Assembly: GCA_024654565.1 (NCBI GenBank)
Contig: JANLHM010000010.1
Span: 1,461-65,460, forward strand
Direction of reading: 5' to 3'
From: Nanobdellota archaeon
Lineage (GTDB): Archaea > Nanobdellota > Nanobdellia > Pacearchaeales > GW2011-AR1
DNA length: 64,000 nt
How positions within the stretch are numbered: the stretch's first letter is position 1; every line of letters begins with the position of its first letter. The notes beneath the pieces are model-generated. The model saw only the letters and a list, made by a program, of their open reading frames with translations, did no database searches and was not told the DNA's origin. Of the stretch, positions 18,383 to 27,817 are shown piece by piece. Both the position numbers and the translations under genes were made by a program.

Positions 18383-18390
18383 TTATATAA
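18383..18390 (+). promoter_or_regulatory. TATA box (TTATATAA) 22 nt upstream of the sod ATG; implies a leaderless or near-leaderless mRNA
   Basis: Matches the archaeal TATA consensus TTTAWATA. The spacing is typical of a box centred about -26 from the TSS. Confidence 0.45.
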
Positions 18391-18412
18391 AAGTATGAAA
18401 ATCTTTTCATAA

Positions 18413-19024
18413 ATGGAAGAATTGAAATCACTTGGATATGAATATGATTCACTTGAGCCTTACATTGATAAGGAAACTATGCTTATTCACCACACTAAAC
18501 ACCACCAAACCTATGTTGACAAGTTTAATGGGGCAGTAAAAGGTAAACCCGAATTTGAAAACAAATCTGCTGAAGAACTCCTTAAAAATTTAGATTCCGT
18601 TCCTGAAGAAGTAAAGCAAGCTGTGATAAACCATGGCGGAGGAACATTTAACCACAATTTTTTCTGGTCAATATTAAAAAAAGATACAAAAGAAGAGGGC
18701 GAGATAATTGAAGAAATAAAAGCGACTTTTGGTTCAGTTGAAGAATTCAAAAAAATGTTTTCAGAGGGAGCATTAACAGTATTTGGAAGCGGATGGGTTT
18801 GGCTTGTATGGAATGAAAAAAATAAAAAAATAGAAGTTTTCAAGTCAAAAAATCAGGATTCCCCTATTTCATACAACTTAAAACCGCTAATAGGACTAGA
18901 TGTTTGGGAACACGCTTATTACCTGAAATATCAAAACAGAAGACCCGAATATGTTCAGGCATTCTTTCATGTCCTAAACTGGGAAAAAGTTAATGAATTG
19001 TTTATTGAAGCTAAAACCCTTTAA
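18413..19024 (+). CDS. sod: Fe/Mn superoxide dismutase
   Basis: LEPYIDKETMLIHHTKHHQTYV, and C-terminal DVWEHAYYLKYQNRRPEY. Confidence 0.92.
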   Translation: MEELKSLGYEYDSLEPYIDKETMLIHHTKHHQTYVDKFNGAVKGKPEFENKSAEELLKNLDSVPEEVKQAVINHGGGTFNHNFFWSILKKDTKEEGEIIEEIKATFGSVEEFKKMFSEGALTVFGSGWVWLVWNEKNKKIEVFKSKNQDSPISYNLKPLIGLDVWEHAYYLKYQNRRPEYVQAFFHVLNWEKVNELFIEAKTL

Positions 19025-19073
19025 CACCCTAAAAACCCCAACCATTAAAAACATTATTTTCTTTAAAAAATTT

Positions 19074-20786
19074 ATGAGATATGAAAAACTTGCGAAAGTT
19101 TATGAAGAACTTTCAAAAACAACTAAGAGGCTTGAAAAAATAGATATTCTCTCAAAATTCCTGGAAGACATAGGAAAAGAAGATTCAGACATTATGTATT
19201 TACTTGAGGGTAGAATTTATCCCGCATATGACGAAAGAAAAATTGGAATCTCAAATCAAATCGCAATAAAGGCAATTTCAAAAGCAACGGGAACTGATTC
19301 AAAAAAAGTTCTTTTGAAATGGAAAAAAGTTGGGGACATCGGAGAAGTTGCAAAAGAATTGACTCAAACAAAAAAACAAACAACTCTTGCGTCTAACATT
19401 CCAACAACAAAAAAAGTTATTGATAACTTAAGAAAACTCCCAGAACTTGTTGGGAAGGGAACAATAGACAAAAAACTCTCCCTCATAACAGAACTTTTAA
19501 CTTCAACTTCCCCAATTGAATCACTTTATCTTATAAGAACATTAATTGGAGATTTAAGAATAGGTGTCCAAGAGTCTACAATAAAGTATTCAATACTAAA
19601 AGCTTTTTTCAAAAATAATAAAGATTATGAAATAAACCTTCAAAGAGCAATAGACCGTTCAAATGATTTAAAAGAAGTTTTTGAATACGCAAGAACAAGA
19701 AAAATTGAAGAGTTGGATAAAATAAACCTTGAAGTGGGTAAACCAATAAAAGCGATGCTTGCACAAAAAGCAAAAAGTGTTGAAGATGCATTTACTCACC
19801 TAGGTAAACCCCTTGCAGCTGAATACAAATATGATGGATTCAGATTATTAATTCATAAAAAAGGTGACAAAGTTCATTTGTTTACAAGAAGTCTTGAAAA
19901 CGTTACAAACCAATTTCCAGAGGTAATTGATTACATTAAAAAATTTATCCGAGGGGAATCGTTTATACTTGATTCTGAAGCAGTGGGATATGACAAAAAA
20001 ACAAAAAAGTACACGGACTTTCAAAAAATTTCACAAAGAATAAAAAGAAAGTATGATATAGAAAAGCTCTCAGAAAAACTTCCTGTCGAAGTTAATGTTT
20101 TTGACGTTCTCTTTTACAACGGAAAGTCGGAACTTGAAAAACCTTTAAGAGAAAGAAGGAAATTAATTGACAAAATTGTAAAAAGCCACCCTTACAAATT
20201 AATTACTTCAAAGTTTATAGAGTCTTCAGACAAAAAGGAAATTGAAAATTTTTACAAAATGGCTCTGAAAGACAATCAAGAAGGAATAATGCTCAAAAAT
20301 CTTGAGGCCCCATATAAACCCGGGAGAAGAGTAGGAAATATGCTAAAGTTAAAACCAGAGGAAAATGAACTTGATCTCGTTATAACTGGAGGAGAATGGG
20401 GAACGGGAAAAAGGTCAGGTTGGATTTCATCTTTTATTCTTTCATGTAAGAAAGGAAACAATTACCTTGAAATCGGAAAAGTAGGAACCGGCATTGGTGA
20501 GAAAGAAAATGAGGAAAACAAAGTTACATTTGATGAATTGACTAAACTTATGAATCCATTAATAACTGAAGAAAAAGGAAAAAATGTGACAGTAAAACCT
20601 AAAATTGTTGTAACAATCCATTACCAGGATATCCAAAAATCTCCAACTTACGAATCTGGATGGGCCCTTCGTTTCCCAAGAATAACTGCTCTAAGACCAG
20701 ACAAACCTTTGTCTGAAATTGCAGATCTTGAAGAAATTGAAAAAGATTTTCTTGAACAAAGAAAGAAAAATTATAAGTATGGTTAA
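19074..20786 (+). CDS. lig: ATP-dependent DNA ligase
   Basis: Adenylation motif AEYKYDGFR (KxDG), plus EGIMLK and LKLKPE motifs. I chose the start MRYEKLAKVYEEL (ATG 19074). The track's 18993 start overlaps sod. Confidence 0.9.
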   Translation: MRYEKLAKVYEELSKTTKRLEKIDILSKFLEDIGKEDSDIMYLLEGRIYPAYDERKIGISNQIAIKAISKATGTDSKKVLLKWKKVGDIGEVAKELTQTKKQTTLASNIPTTKKVIDNLRKLPELVGKGTIDKKLSLITELLTSTSPIESLYLIRTLIGDLRIGVQESTIKYSILKAFFKNNKDYEINLQRAIDRSNDLKEVFEYARTRKIEELDKINLEVGKPIKAMLAQKAKSVEDAFTHLGKPLAAEYKYDGFRLLIHKKGDKVHLFTRSLENVTNQFPEVIDYIKKFIRGESFILDSEAVGYDKKTKKYTDFQKISQRIKRKYDIEKLSEKLPVEVNVFDVLFYNGKSELEKPLRERRKLIDKIVKSHPYKLITSKFIESSDKKEIENFYKMALKDNQEGIMLKNLEAPYKPGRRVGNMLKLKPEENELDLVITGGEWGTGKRSGWISSFILSCKKGNNYLEIGKVGTGIGEKENEENKVTFDELTKLMNPLITEEKGKNVTVKPKIVVTIHYQDIQKSPTYESGWALRFPRITALRPDKPLSEIADLEEIEKDFLEQRKKNYKYG

Positions 20787-21292
20787 AAAAAGTCAACAAA
20801 AGATTTAGTAAAGTCCACCTTATTTCCTTTGTGATAAATTACTCCTGAAAAAGGCTTATCTTGAAACACCCACTCATATAACAATCTGTCTCCTTCATGC
20901 ATTGGAAGTCCTAAGATATCTTTTTTTGGAACCCATACAGGATTTCCTTCTTCTGGGTTATCAAGAATTTGGCCACCATATTCATCTGATGAAAAAATGT
21001 AAACAAGGAAATCCCCCATCTTTTTGCCACCAGGAAACTCTCGTTCGGAATTGTCAAAAAGGACCATTCCCAAAAGTTTAGGTTTAAGAAGGGTGAGCCC
21101 GGTTTCTTCAGAATTTTCCCTTATAACTGAAATTTTCCTTCCTTCTGGTTTAGAGATTCCCATTTCACTTTCATTAATTTTACCACCAGGAATTGCATAA
21201 AAACCAGAATTCAAATCCCCATCCCTTTCACCTTTTTCAAGCATAAGAACTTTTTCTTTAACACAAAGGTAAGACAAATTTCCGTATTTCAT
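20783..21292 (-). CDS. NUDIX hydrolase
   Basis: Nudix-box-like segment GGKINESE...VIRENSEETGL. Confidence 0.7.
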   Translation of the reverse strand: MKYGNLSYLCVKEKVLMLEKGERDGDLNSGFYAIPGGKINESEMGISKPEGRKISVIRENSEETGLTLLKPKLLGMVLFDNSEREFPGGKKMGDFLVYIFSSDEYGGQILDNPEEGNPVWVPKKDILGLPMHEGDRLLYEWVFQDKPFSGVIYHKGNKVDFTKSFVDFF

Positions 21293-21351
21293 ATTTTTTA
21301 AAAAATTTAAAAGTTTAAAATAATTGCCGTCCTCGAGAGGTCACCTTAAGC

Positions 21352-21359
21352 TTTATAAA
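21352..21359 (+). promoter_or_regulatory. TATA box (TTTATAAA) 21 nt upstream of the tbp ATG
   Basis: Consensus archaeal TATA element at leaderless spacing. Confidence 0.45.
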
Positions 21360-21380
21360 GCACATTTCTCTTTAAAAAGG

Positions 21381-21974
21381 ATGGCTGTGAAAAATAAGGC
21401 TAAACCAAAGGCCAATTCTAAGAAAACATCTGAATATAAAATACAAAATATTGTTGCAACTACTTCACTTGAAAAGCCAGTTCCTTTAACAAAACTTGCA
21501 AGGACCCAACCAAATACTGAATACAATCCTGAAACCTTCCCTGGACTTGTCTTAAGAATAAAAGAACCTAAGTCTGCGGTGTTGGTGTTCTCTTCAGGAA
21601 ACCTGGTTTGTACTGGAACAAAATCCCTTGCTCAGGTAAGAAAAGTTATCGATGAAGTAATAAGACAGCTTAAAAAAGTAAATGTTAAAATAACAATAAA
21701 ACCCAAAATAACAGTTCAGAATATTGTTGCCTCAGGAACAATAAACCTTCAGCTTAACTTAAATTACCTTGCTCTTGAAATGGAAAACACCGAATATGAA
21801 CCTGAGCAGTTTCCGGGGCTTGTATACAAACTTGAAGACTCAAATGCAACGTTCTTACTCTTTTCAAACGGAAAACTTGTTTGTACAGGTACAAAGAATA
21901 AGCAACAGCTTGAGGACTCAATGAACCAACTTTTGAAAAATATAAAGAATATTTTAAAAGATTATAAGAAATAA
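21381..21974 (+). CDS. tbp: TATA-box binding protein
   Basis: Two direct repeats of the TBP fold: IQNIVATTSL...FPGLVLRIKEPKSAVLVFSSGNLVCTG and VQNIVASGTI...FPGLVYKLEDSNATFLLFSNGKLVCTG. I chose the start MAVKNKAK (ATG 21381). Confidence 0.9.
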   Translation: MAVKNKAKPKANSKKTSEYKIQNIVATTSLEKPVPLTKLARTQPNTEYNPETFPGLVLRIKEPKSAVLVFSSGNLVCTGTKSLAQVRKVIDEVIRQLKKVNVKITIKPKITVQNIVASGTINLQLNLNYLALEMENTEYEPEQFPGLVYKLEDSNATFLLFSNGKLVCTGTKNKQQLEDSMNQLLKNIKNILKDYKK

Positions 21975-22017
21975 AGAAGTACGATTCATTAAAACTACTC
22001 CTTAGTCTACAACTATT

Positions 22018-22025
22018 TTTATAAA
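22018..22025 (+). promoter_or_regulatory. TATA box (TTTATAAA) 21 nt upstream of the mcm ATG
   Basis: Consensus TATA element with the same spacing as at tbp, sod and adk. Confidence 0.45.
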
Positions 22026-22046
22026 TAAGAATTATCTCATTTTTTT

Positions 22047-25000
22047 ATGGATGACATTGATTTCACAAAAGAGATGGGAGAAGATGATTTAGAGATAAAA
22101 AAGCCTGTAGAAACAGGAAAACAAGAAGAACTTATCCTTGAAGCAAAAAAGTTTATTGATTCATACAAAAAAAAGTTAAAGTCTTCATTAAGAGATGAGA
22201 ATAATGTTGTTTTTGTTGACTTTATGGAGATTGCTGAAGAAGCTCCTGCCCTTTCAGAAGAGATAATAAAAAATCCTGAAGAAGCCTTGAGAATAGTTGA
22301 AATAGCAATTGAAGAAATGGGTCTTATTGATAATGTGAGGGTGAGACTTTTCAACCTTCAAAAGTCAGATGAAATTCTTATAAGAAACATTCGTTCAAAA
22401 CACTTAAATGAATTAATTGTGATTGAGGGAATCATTCGTCAGTCTTCAGATGTAAGGCCACAAGTAGTAAATGCAAAATTTGAATGTCCAAGTTGTGGAA
22501 CTGTAATCTCAGTCCTACAAATGGAAAAAAAATTCAGAGAACCAAGTCGTTGTTCCTGTGGTAGAAGGGGAGGATTTAAATTAATCTCTAAAGAGATGGT
22601 TGACACTCAAAGGCTCATTATCGAAGAAGCTCCTGACATGCTTCACGGAGGAGAGCAACCAAAGAGAATAAATGTATTTGTAAAAGAAGACCTTGTTGAC
22701 CCAAAAATGGAGGAGAGGACTACTCCTGGAGCAAGAGTAAGGGTAATTGGGATTTTAAAAGAGGTACCCGTCCCTCTTTCAACAGGTGGAATGTCAACAC
22801 GTTTTGAACTTGCACTTGAAGTAAATAATATCACTCCACTTGAAGAAACTTTTGAAGAACTAGATATAAACGAAGAAGATGAACAACAAATTCAAGAACT
22901 TGCAGCAGACCCAGAAGTATTAACCAAATTAAGAGAGAGTGTTGCTCCAAGTGTTTGGGGATATGAAAAAATAAAGGAATCTCTTTTACTTCAGCTTTTT
23001 GGGGGAGTTCAAAAACAAAAAACAGATGGACAAAAAACTAGGGGAGACGTCCATATACTTATGATTGGAGACCCAGGAGTTGCAAAGTCAGTCATACTCA
23101 CGTTTATGGCAAATATCTCCCCAAAAGGAAGGTACGTTGTAGGAAAATCAACTTCAGGAGCAGGGTTAACCGCAAGTGTGGTAAGAGATGAATACCTTAA
23201 AGGTTGGTCTCTTGAAGCAGGTGCGATGGTTCTTGCAAATAAAGGTTTAGTTTGTATTGATGAACTTGAAAAAATGGACCAGACAGACCAATCAGCAATG
23301 CATGAAGCAATGGAACAGCAATGTATGCTCCCTGATTTTCAACTAATGCTATCAAACGGAAAATACGTTGAAATTGGAAATTTGGTAGACCAATTAATTG
23401 AGAAAAACAAAAGTAGAGTTATAAAAGAAAAAGACTGCGAAATTCTTCCCACAAATGAAATTGAAATCCTTTCAACAGATTTTGAAAATCACTTTCCTCT
23501 AAATGCGGACAGGGTAAGCAGACACCTTGCTCCGAAGGAATTCGTAAAAATTACTCTTTCAAATGGAAGAGAGATAACCGTAACTCCAGAACACCCTTGT
23601 TGGATTGTTGAAAATGGAGAAATAAAAACAGTTCCGGCAGAAAAACTGACTCAAAATTCATATTTCCCAATACCTTCAAATATTAAAATCTATGAAAAAG
23701 AATACAAAAAAGAGAATGATCATTTGTGTAAAATTCTTGGATACCATATAAGTGACGGTTGCTATGAACTAAACAGAGGCAAAAAAACCGGAATCCAATT
23801 TGGGAATAACAATGAATTATTAATAAAAGACTATAAAAATTCAATAGAAAGATACTTCAAAATAAATCCCACAATAACAAAACGAAAAAAACAGTTTTCA
23901 GTAAGGGTCATCTCAAAAAAAGTTCTTGAATATATGACCAAATTAGATAAAGAACTTCTTGAAAAAGGAGATAAAAAGAAAATTCCGGAAGAAGTAATGC
24001 AATTTCCTAAAGAAAATATAAAATATCTCTTGAGAGCGCTCTATGATGGAGACGGCTCTGTTTCAATGCAAAAAAGAAATGGATGCAGAATTTCTTTTGT
24101 ATCTCAAAGCAAAAAATTAGAAGAACAAATGTCTGACCTTTTACTGAGGTTTGAAATTCAGTCTTCCATATTCAAGGACAGGTATTCAGGAGTTTGGAGA
24201 CTTGACATCTCAGGTCAGGAAAACCTTAAAAAATTTCTTAATGAAATCAGTTTTTTATCTCAGCATAAAAAACAAAGATTGAAAGATTACTGCGAATTAA
24301 AAAAGTCATACAAAACAGTAACAGATATAATTCCAAACTGCACAAATAAGATTAATGAGATTTTCAAAAAATTGAAGATTTCTACAAAAAAAGAAATTGG
24401 ACACCAAATCGACCTGGGAGTTGAAAAACAAAGAGTATTTCTTCAAAAATTAGTAAATATAGCGATGAAAAAGGCAGTTGAAAAAAAAGATAAAAAAACA
24501 ATTAAGGAAATTGAAAAAATGAAAAAACTGGCTTTTGGATATGCCAGATGGACCAAAATAAAAAGTATTGAAAAAGTAAAAAATGAAGGAATAAAATGGG
24601 TTTATGACGTCACAATTGAACCCCACCATACTTTCATTTCAAACGGAATGATTCTTCATAACACAGTAACAATTTCAAAGGCAAATGTTCAAGCAACCTT
24701 AAAAGCCCAGACATCAGTTCTTGCAGCTGCAAACCCGAAATTTGGAAGGTTCGACCCGACTCAAGGAATCCCTCAGCAAATAAACCTCCCCCCTGCATTG
24801 ATTAACAGGTTTGACATGATTTTCACAATGAGAGACATTCCAAATCTTAAAAACGACACAAAAGTTGCAGACCACATTTTAGAAGAACACCAAAAAGAAG
24901 CAAAAACAATGATTATTGACAAAGATTTATTCAGAAAGTATATTGCATACGCTAGACAAAGAGTTCAACCCAAGTTAACAAATGAAGCAGTTCAGAAAAT

Positions 25001-25460
25001 GAAGGAGTTCTATGTTGAATTAAGAAATAGACCAATGATTGAAGGTCAGGAAATGAGAACAATTCCTATTTCAGCGAGGCAATTAAATTCACTAATAAGG
25101 ATGGCTGAAGCTGCAGCAAAACTAAGAATGTCAGAAAAAGTTGAAGAAAAAGACGCAGTTGTTGCAATTGACTTAATAAAGTACTACCTTGAACAAGTTG
25201 GTTTTGATGAAGAAACTGGACAAATTGACCTTGATAAAATTTCAGGAAAAATGAAATCAAGCCAAAGAAATAAAATTTTTATAGTGAGGGACACGATTTA
25301 TAACCTCTCAAAAGAAAGTGGAGAACAAATCCCAGTTGAAAAAATTGAAGAAAGTCTTTCTGGAAAAATGACTCCTGAAGAAATTGAAGATGCAATAGAC
25401 CGGCTCGCAAAAGAAGGAACCATATTTAAGCCAAGAAGAGGATATGTACAAAAAGTTTAA
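22047..25460 (+). CDS. mcm: MCM replicative helicase (690-aa extein) interrupted by a 447-aa intein
   Basis: Zn ribbon CPSCG...CSCG, Walker A MIGDPGVAKS, Walker B CIDELEKM, then HEAMEQQ//TVTISKANV split by the intein, arginine-finger region NRFDMIF, and a C-terminal winged-helix-like tail. Confidence 0.92.
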   Translation: MDDIDFTKEMGEDDLEIKKPVETGKQEELILEAKKFIDSYKKKLKSSLRDENNVVFVDFMEIAEEAPALSEEIIKNPEEALRIVEIAIEEMGLIDNVRVRLFNLQKSDEILIRNIRSKHLNELIVIEGIIRQSSDVRPQVVNAKFECPSCGTVISVLQMEKKFREPSRCSCGRRGGFKLISKEMVDTQRLIIEEAPDMLHGGEQPKRINVFVKEDLVDPKMEERTTPGARVRVIGILKEVPVPLSTGGMSTRFELALEVNNITPLEETFEELDINEEDEQQIQELAADPEVLTKLRESVAPSVWGYEKIKESLLLQLFGGVQKQKTDGQKTRGDVHILMIGDPGVAKSVILTFMANISPKGRYVVGKSTSGAGLTASVVRDEYLKGWSLEAGAMVLANKGLVCIDELEKMDQTDQSAMHEAMEQQCMLPDFQLMLSNGKYVEIGNLVDQLIEKNKSRVIKEKDCEILPTNEIEILSTDFENHFPLNADRVSRHLAPKEFVKITLSNGREITVTPEHPCWIVENGEIKTVPAEKLTQNSYFPIPSNIKIYEKEYKKENDHLCKILGYHISDGCYELNRGKKTGIQFGNNNELLIKDYKNSIERYFKINPTITKRKKQFSVRVISKKVLEYMTKLDKELLEKGDKKKIPEEVMQFPKENIKYLLRALYDGDGSVSMQKRNGCRISFVSQSKKLEEQMSDLLLRFEIQSSIFKDRYSGVWRLDISGQENLKKFLNEISFLSQHKKQRLKDYCELKKSYKTVTDIIPNCTNKINEIFKKLKISTKKEIGHQIDLGVEKQRVFLQKLVNIAMKKAVEKKDKKTIKEIEKMKKLAFGYARWTKIKSIEKVKNEGIKWVYDVTIEPHHTFISNGMILHNTVTISKANVQATLKAQTSVLAAANPKFGRFDPTQGIPQQINLPPALINRFDMIFTMRDIPNLKNDTKVADHILEEHQKEAKTMIIDKDLFRKYIAYARQRVQPKLTNEAVQKMKEFYVELRNRPMIEGQEMRTIPISARQLNSLIRMAEAAAKLRMSEKVEEKDAVVAIDLIKYYLEQVGFDEETGQIDLDKISGKMKSSQRNKIFIVRDTIYNLSKESGEQIPVEKIEESLSGKMTPEEIEDAIDRLAKEGTIFKPRRGYVQKV
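23322..24662 (+). mobile_element. Intein with LAGLIDADG homing-endonuclease domain inside mcm
   Basis: Begins with Cys (CMLPDF...) right after MEQQ and ends ...GMILHN followed by Thr. Block B is TPEHP. The two LAGLIDADG motifs are LGYHISDGCY and LLRALYDGDGSV. Removing it restores the conserved MCM AMEQQT(V/I)SIAKA motif. Confidence 0.85.
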
Positions 25461-25533
25461 AAAAAGGTAAAAAATTCCTAACTACTCAGAGATCTACATA
25501 AATCTTTAAAAACCGCTTTTTATTTTTACCAAA

Positions 25534-26163
25534 ATGGTTGAACAATTCAAAAGAAATGTTGCATACAAACTCAGAATAGGGGATGTTTTTCTTGGAAAAC
25601 CAATTTTTGACAATGAAAAATTTATTTATCTTGAACTTGGAGCAAAAAAAATTTCAAGAGTTAACATCATCGGAAACATTGTTGACAAGTATGAAAGTGA
25701 GGGAGAAAAAAAGTACGTCTTTTTTACGCTCGATGATGGTTCGGGACAGATAAAATTAAAGTCTTTTGGAGAAGAAGATTTGGAAAAGTTCAGAAAAGTC
25801 AATCAAGGGCAGACTGTTGCAATAATAGGAACTGTTCGAAATTGGAATAATGAAACCTACATTCAGCCAGAGATAATATCTGAAAAAGATCCAAAGTATT
25901 TGTTAGTCAGAAAGCTTGAACTTGAAAAACAAAAAAAAGGGAATGTAAAACCTGTAAAAGACAAAAACGAAATCCAGGCAATAAAAGACAAAATCCTTGA
26001 AAGAATAAAGAATTCTGAAGAAAGTGGAGGAATAGACACAGAAACAATCATTCTTGAAGAAAAACATATTTCTTCAGAAACAATAAACGAAGAAATAAAA
26101 AGACTTCTTGAGGAAGGAATAATTTTCGAACCTAGACCAGGAAGACTCAGGTATTTAGGATAA
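25534..26163 (+). CDS. OB-fold plus C-terminal winged-helix protein (RPA32/Stn1-like ssDNA-binding subunit candidate)
   Basis: OB-like core RVNIIGNIV...YVFFTLDDGSGQIKLKSF...GQTVAIIGTVRNW. The C-terminus EEIKRLLEEGIIFEPRPGRLRYL resembles the MCM C-terminal wH (RLAKEGTIFKPRRGYVQKV). Confidence 0.55.
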   Translation: MVEQFKRNVAYKLRIGDVFLGKPIFDNEKFIYLELGAKKISRVNIIGNIVDKYESEGEKKYVFFTLDDGSGQIKLKSFGEEDLEKFRKVNQGQTVAIIGTVRNWNNETYIQPEIISEKDPKYLLVRKLELEKQKKGNVKPVKDKNEIQAIKDKILERIKNSEESGGIDTETIILEEKHISSETINEEIKRLLEEGIIFEPRPGRLRYLG

Positions 26164-26165
26164 AT

Positions 26166-26468
26166 TTACTTTGAATAATCAAGTTCAATAATCACTTTTT
26201 TACCAATACGCTCAGAATAAATAAAACCTATTTTTTCTGCTTTGGATTGATATCTCTTATTAAAAACAAAAACCTTCTCGAAAAGAGGGTCTAACTTTAA
26301 AACATCTTTAAATGGAAAAAAGATTGGACATGCATAAACTGAACCTGCAAATTTCTTAGTAAAAAAAAGTGGACCCATCACCTTACTAACTAGGGATTTA
26401 TCCCTTTCACGATTGATCTTCAATCTCTGCAATTCCTTTGTTTTATCAATAATACGAATCTCTCCCAT
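26166..26468 (-). CDS. Hypothetical protein
   Basis: 100-aa ORF with no recognisable motif. Confidence 0.4.
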   Translation of the reverse strand: MGEIRIIDKTKELQRLKINRERDKSLVSKVMGPLFFTKKFAGSVYACPIFFPFKDVLKLDPLFEKVFVFNKRYQSKAEKIGFIYSERIGKKVIIELDYSK

Positions 26469-26514
26469 AAAAAAAATACAACGAAATAACTTTTTAAGTA
26501 TTTATATAATAAAG

Positions 26515-27066
26515 TTACTTTTTCCTTTTCTTTAATTTTTTATTGTTAGAACTAATTTTTTCTTGAAATTTGTATGCAAAGTATATCAAAATTGTGAGCC
26601 CAATAACTGAAATTAAAAACCTTAACCAGTCTTCTGAATATCTCCAGTAACTTCCAACTCCCCTTAGAATTGTCCCAACTCCCCCCGCCATTATTCCCCC
26701 ACTTACAGATTCAAGACTAAACAAATAAGCACCTGCTAAAACAATCAAAATTCCAAGAGGAACAGTAATTAAAAAAATGTTCATGTGATACCTTTCAAGA
26801 CCAAGTTCATAAGCTTCTCTGCAACTAAACTCTTTATCACAGTACCCAGAAGGACAAGGAGTAGTTACACAAACAATGTCTGTTTTCATCCATTTTCCGC
26901 CCATTTCAAAGCAAGTAGCCTCGTCTAGGACTTCAACCTCCCACAATGTTGGGGGACAAAAGTCATTATACTGTGATTCTGAAAAAAAAGCGTTAACTCC
27001 ATATATTGTTACAAAAAGCGTCAAAACCAAAACAGCAACCCCAATTATTCCCTCTTTTAAATTCAT
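26515..27066 (-). CDS. Membrane protein with Cys-rich extracytoplasmic domain
   Basis: N-terminal TM helix, a segment of about 70 aa with 8 Cys, then about 3 TM helices and a basic tail. Confidence 0.5.
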   Translation of the reverse strand: MNLKEGIIGVAVLVLTLFVTIYGVNAFFSESQYNDFCPPTLWEVEVLDEATCFEMGGKWMKTDIVCVTTPCPSGYCDKEFSCREAYELGLERYHMNIFLITVPLGILIVLAGAYLFSLESVSGGIMAGGVGTILRGVGSYWRYSEDWLRFLISVIGLTILIYFAYKFQEKISSNNKKLKKRKK

Positions 27067-27124
27067 AAAAATTTAAAGTAAAAAGATTTTATAAATTTGT
27101 CCGCGTGAAAAATTTCCTTTTTTA

Positions 27125-27817
27125 TTACCTCTGAAAAACAATCTTCCTTGAAATTCCTTCAACTTTTACAAGTGCAACCCTACCATCTAAAGTGAGAACA
27201 TTTCCACTTGCCTTAAGACTTCCAAAATAATCTCCAAGAGTAACTTTTTCAGATTTTATTTTGACTAAATTTTCCCCAATTAAAATTTGACCAGAAGTAA
27301 TATACACTAAATTATTTATGTATGCTCCTTCTTTTATTTCTATAGAATTATAATCTATCGGGGAACTTGATGAAACTTTTATATTTCCTCCATCAGTTAA
27401 TGAAATTGGAACTGAATTAATTACTACTTCAGAAGCTTTTCCATCCAGTTTGATTATTTCATCCTCATCAAATTTAAAAATTCCGCTAAAGCCTTTGAGA
27501 ACAACTTTGTTGTCAGAGCCGTCTAACAAAATTTTTTTGTTATCAATATACAAAGAGCCCTGTCTTGAAGAGAAAATAACTTCTTTATAATTTACGTTCA
27601 AGTTAACTTCTGGAATAGAAAGTGAAGCCTGAAAATCAAGGGTTTCATTTTCCACGAAAGAATTAACAGCCTCCCCCGTAAAATTAAAATCCCTCAAAGC
27701 TAAAAATGCGACAACTGTCACAAGAGCAAAGAATATAAACAAAAAAATGAAAAACTTTTTGTGACTTTTCTTCTTTCCGTAATATTCTTGATGATACTCA
27801 GAGTGTTCTTTTTTCAT
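27125..27817 (-). CDS. Single-pass membrane-anchored beta-rich protein, unknown function
   Basis: His/Lys-rich N-terminus, one TM helix, then a repetitive beta-strand-like ectodomain. No catalytic motif. Confidence 0.45.
   Translation of the reverse strand: MKKEHSEYHQEYYGKKKSHKKFFIFLFIFFALVTVVAFLALRDFNFTGEAVNSFVENETLDFQASLSIPEVNLNVNYKEVIFSSRQGSLYIDNKKILLDGSDNKVVLKGFSGIFKFDEDEIIKLDGKASEVVINSVPISLTDGGNIKVSSSSPIDYNSIEIKEGAYINNLVYITSGQILIGENLVKIKSEKVTLGDYFGSLKASGNVLTLDGRVALVKVEGISRKIVFQR

Noticed and set aside
18993-19073. The upstream start of the DNA ligase ORF, overlapping sod
   Set aside because: It overlaps the sod 3' end in another frame. Ligase homology begins at MRYEKLAKVYEEL.
22037-22354. 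Antisense and alternative-frame track ORFs overlapping well-supported genes (for example 22037-22354, 53613-54107, 55441-55833, 31907-32329, 59055-59429, 951-1442, 18511-18843, 62064-62279, 62292-62540)
   Set aside because: They have a Ser/Phe/Leu/Ile-rich low-complexity composition typical of the antisense of K/E-rich AT-rich genes. Each is fully nested in a gene with clear catalytic motifs.
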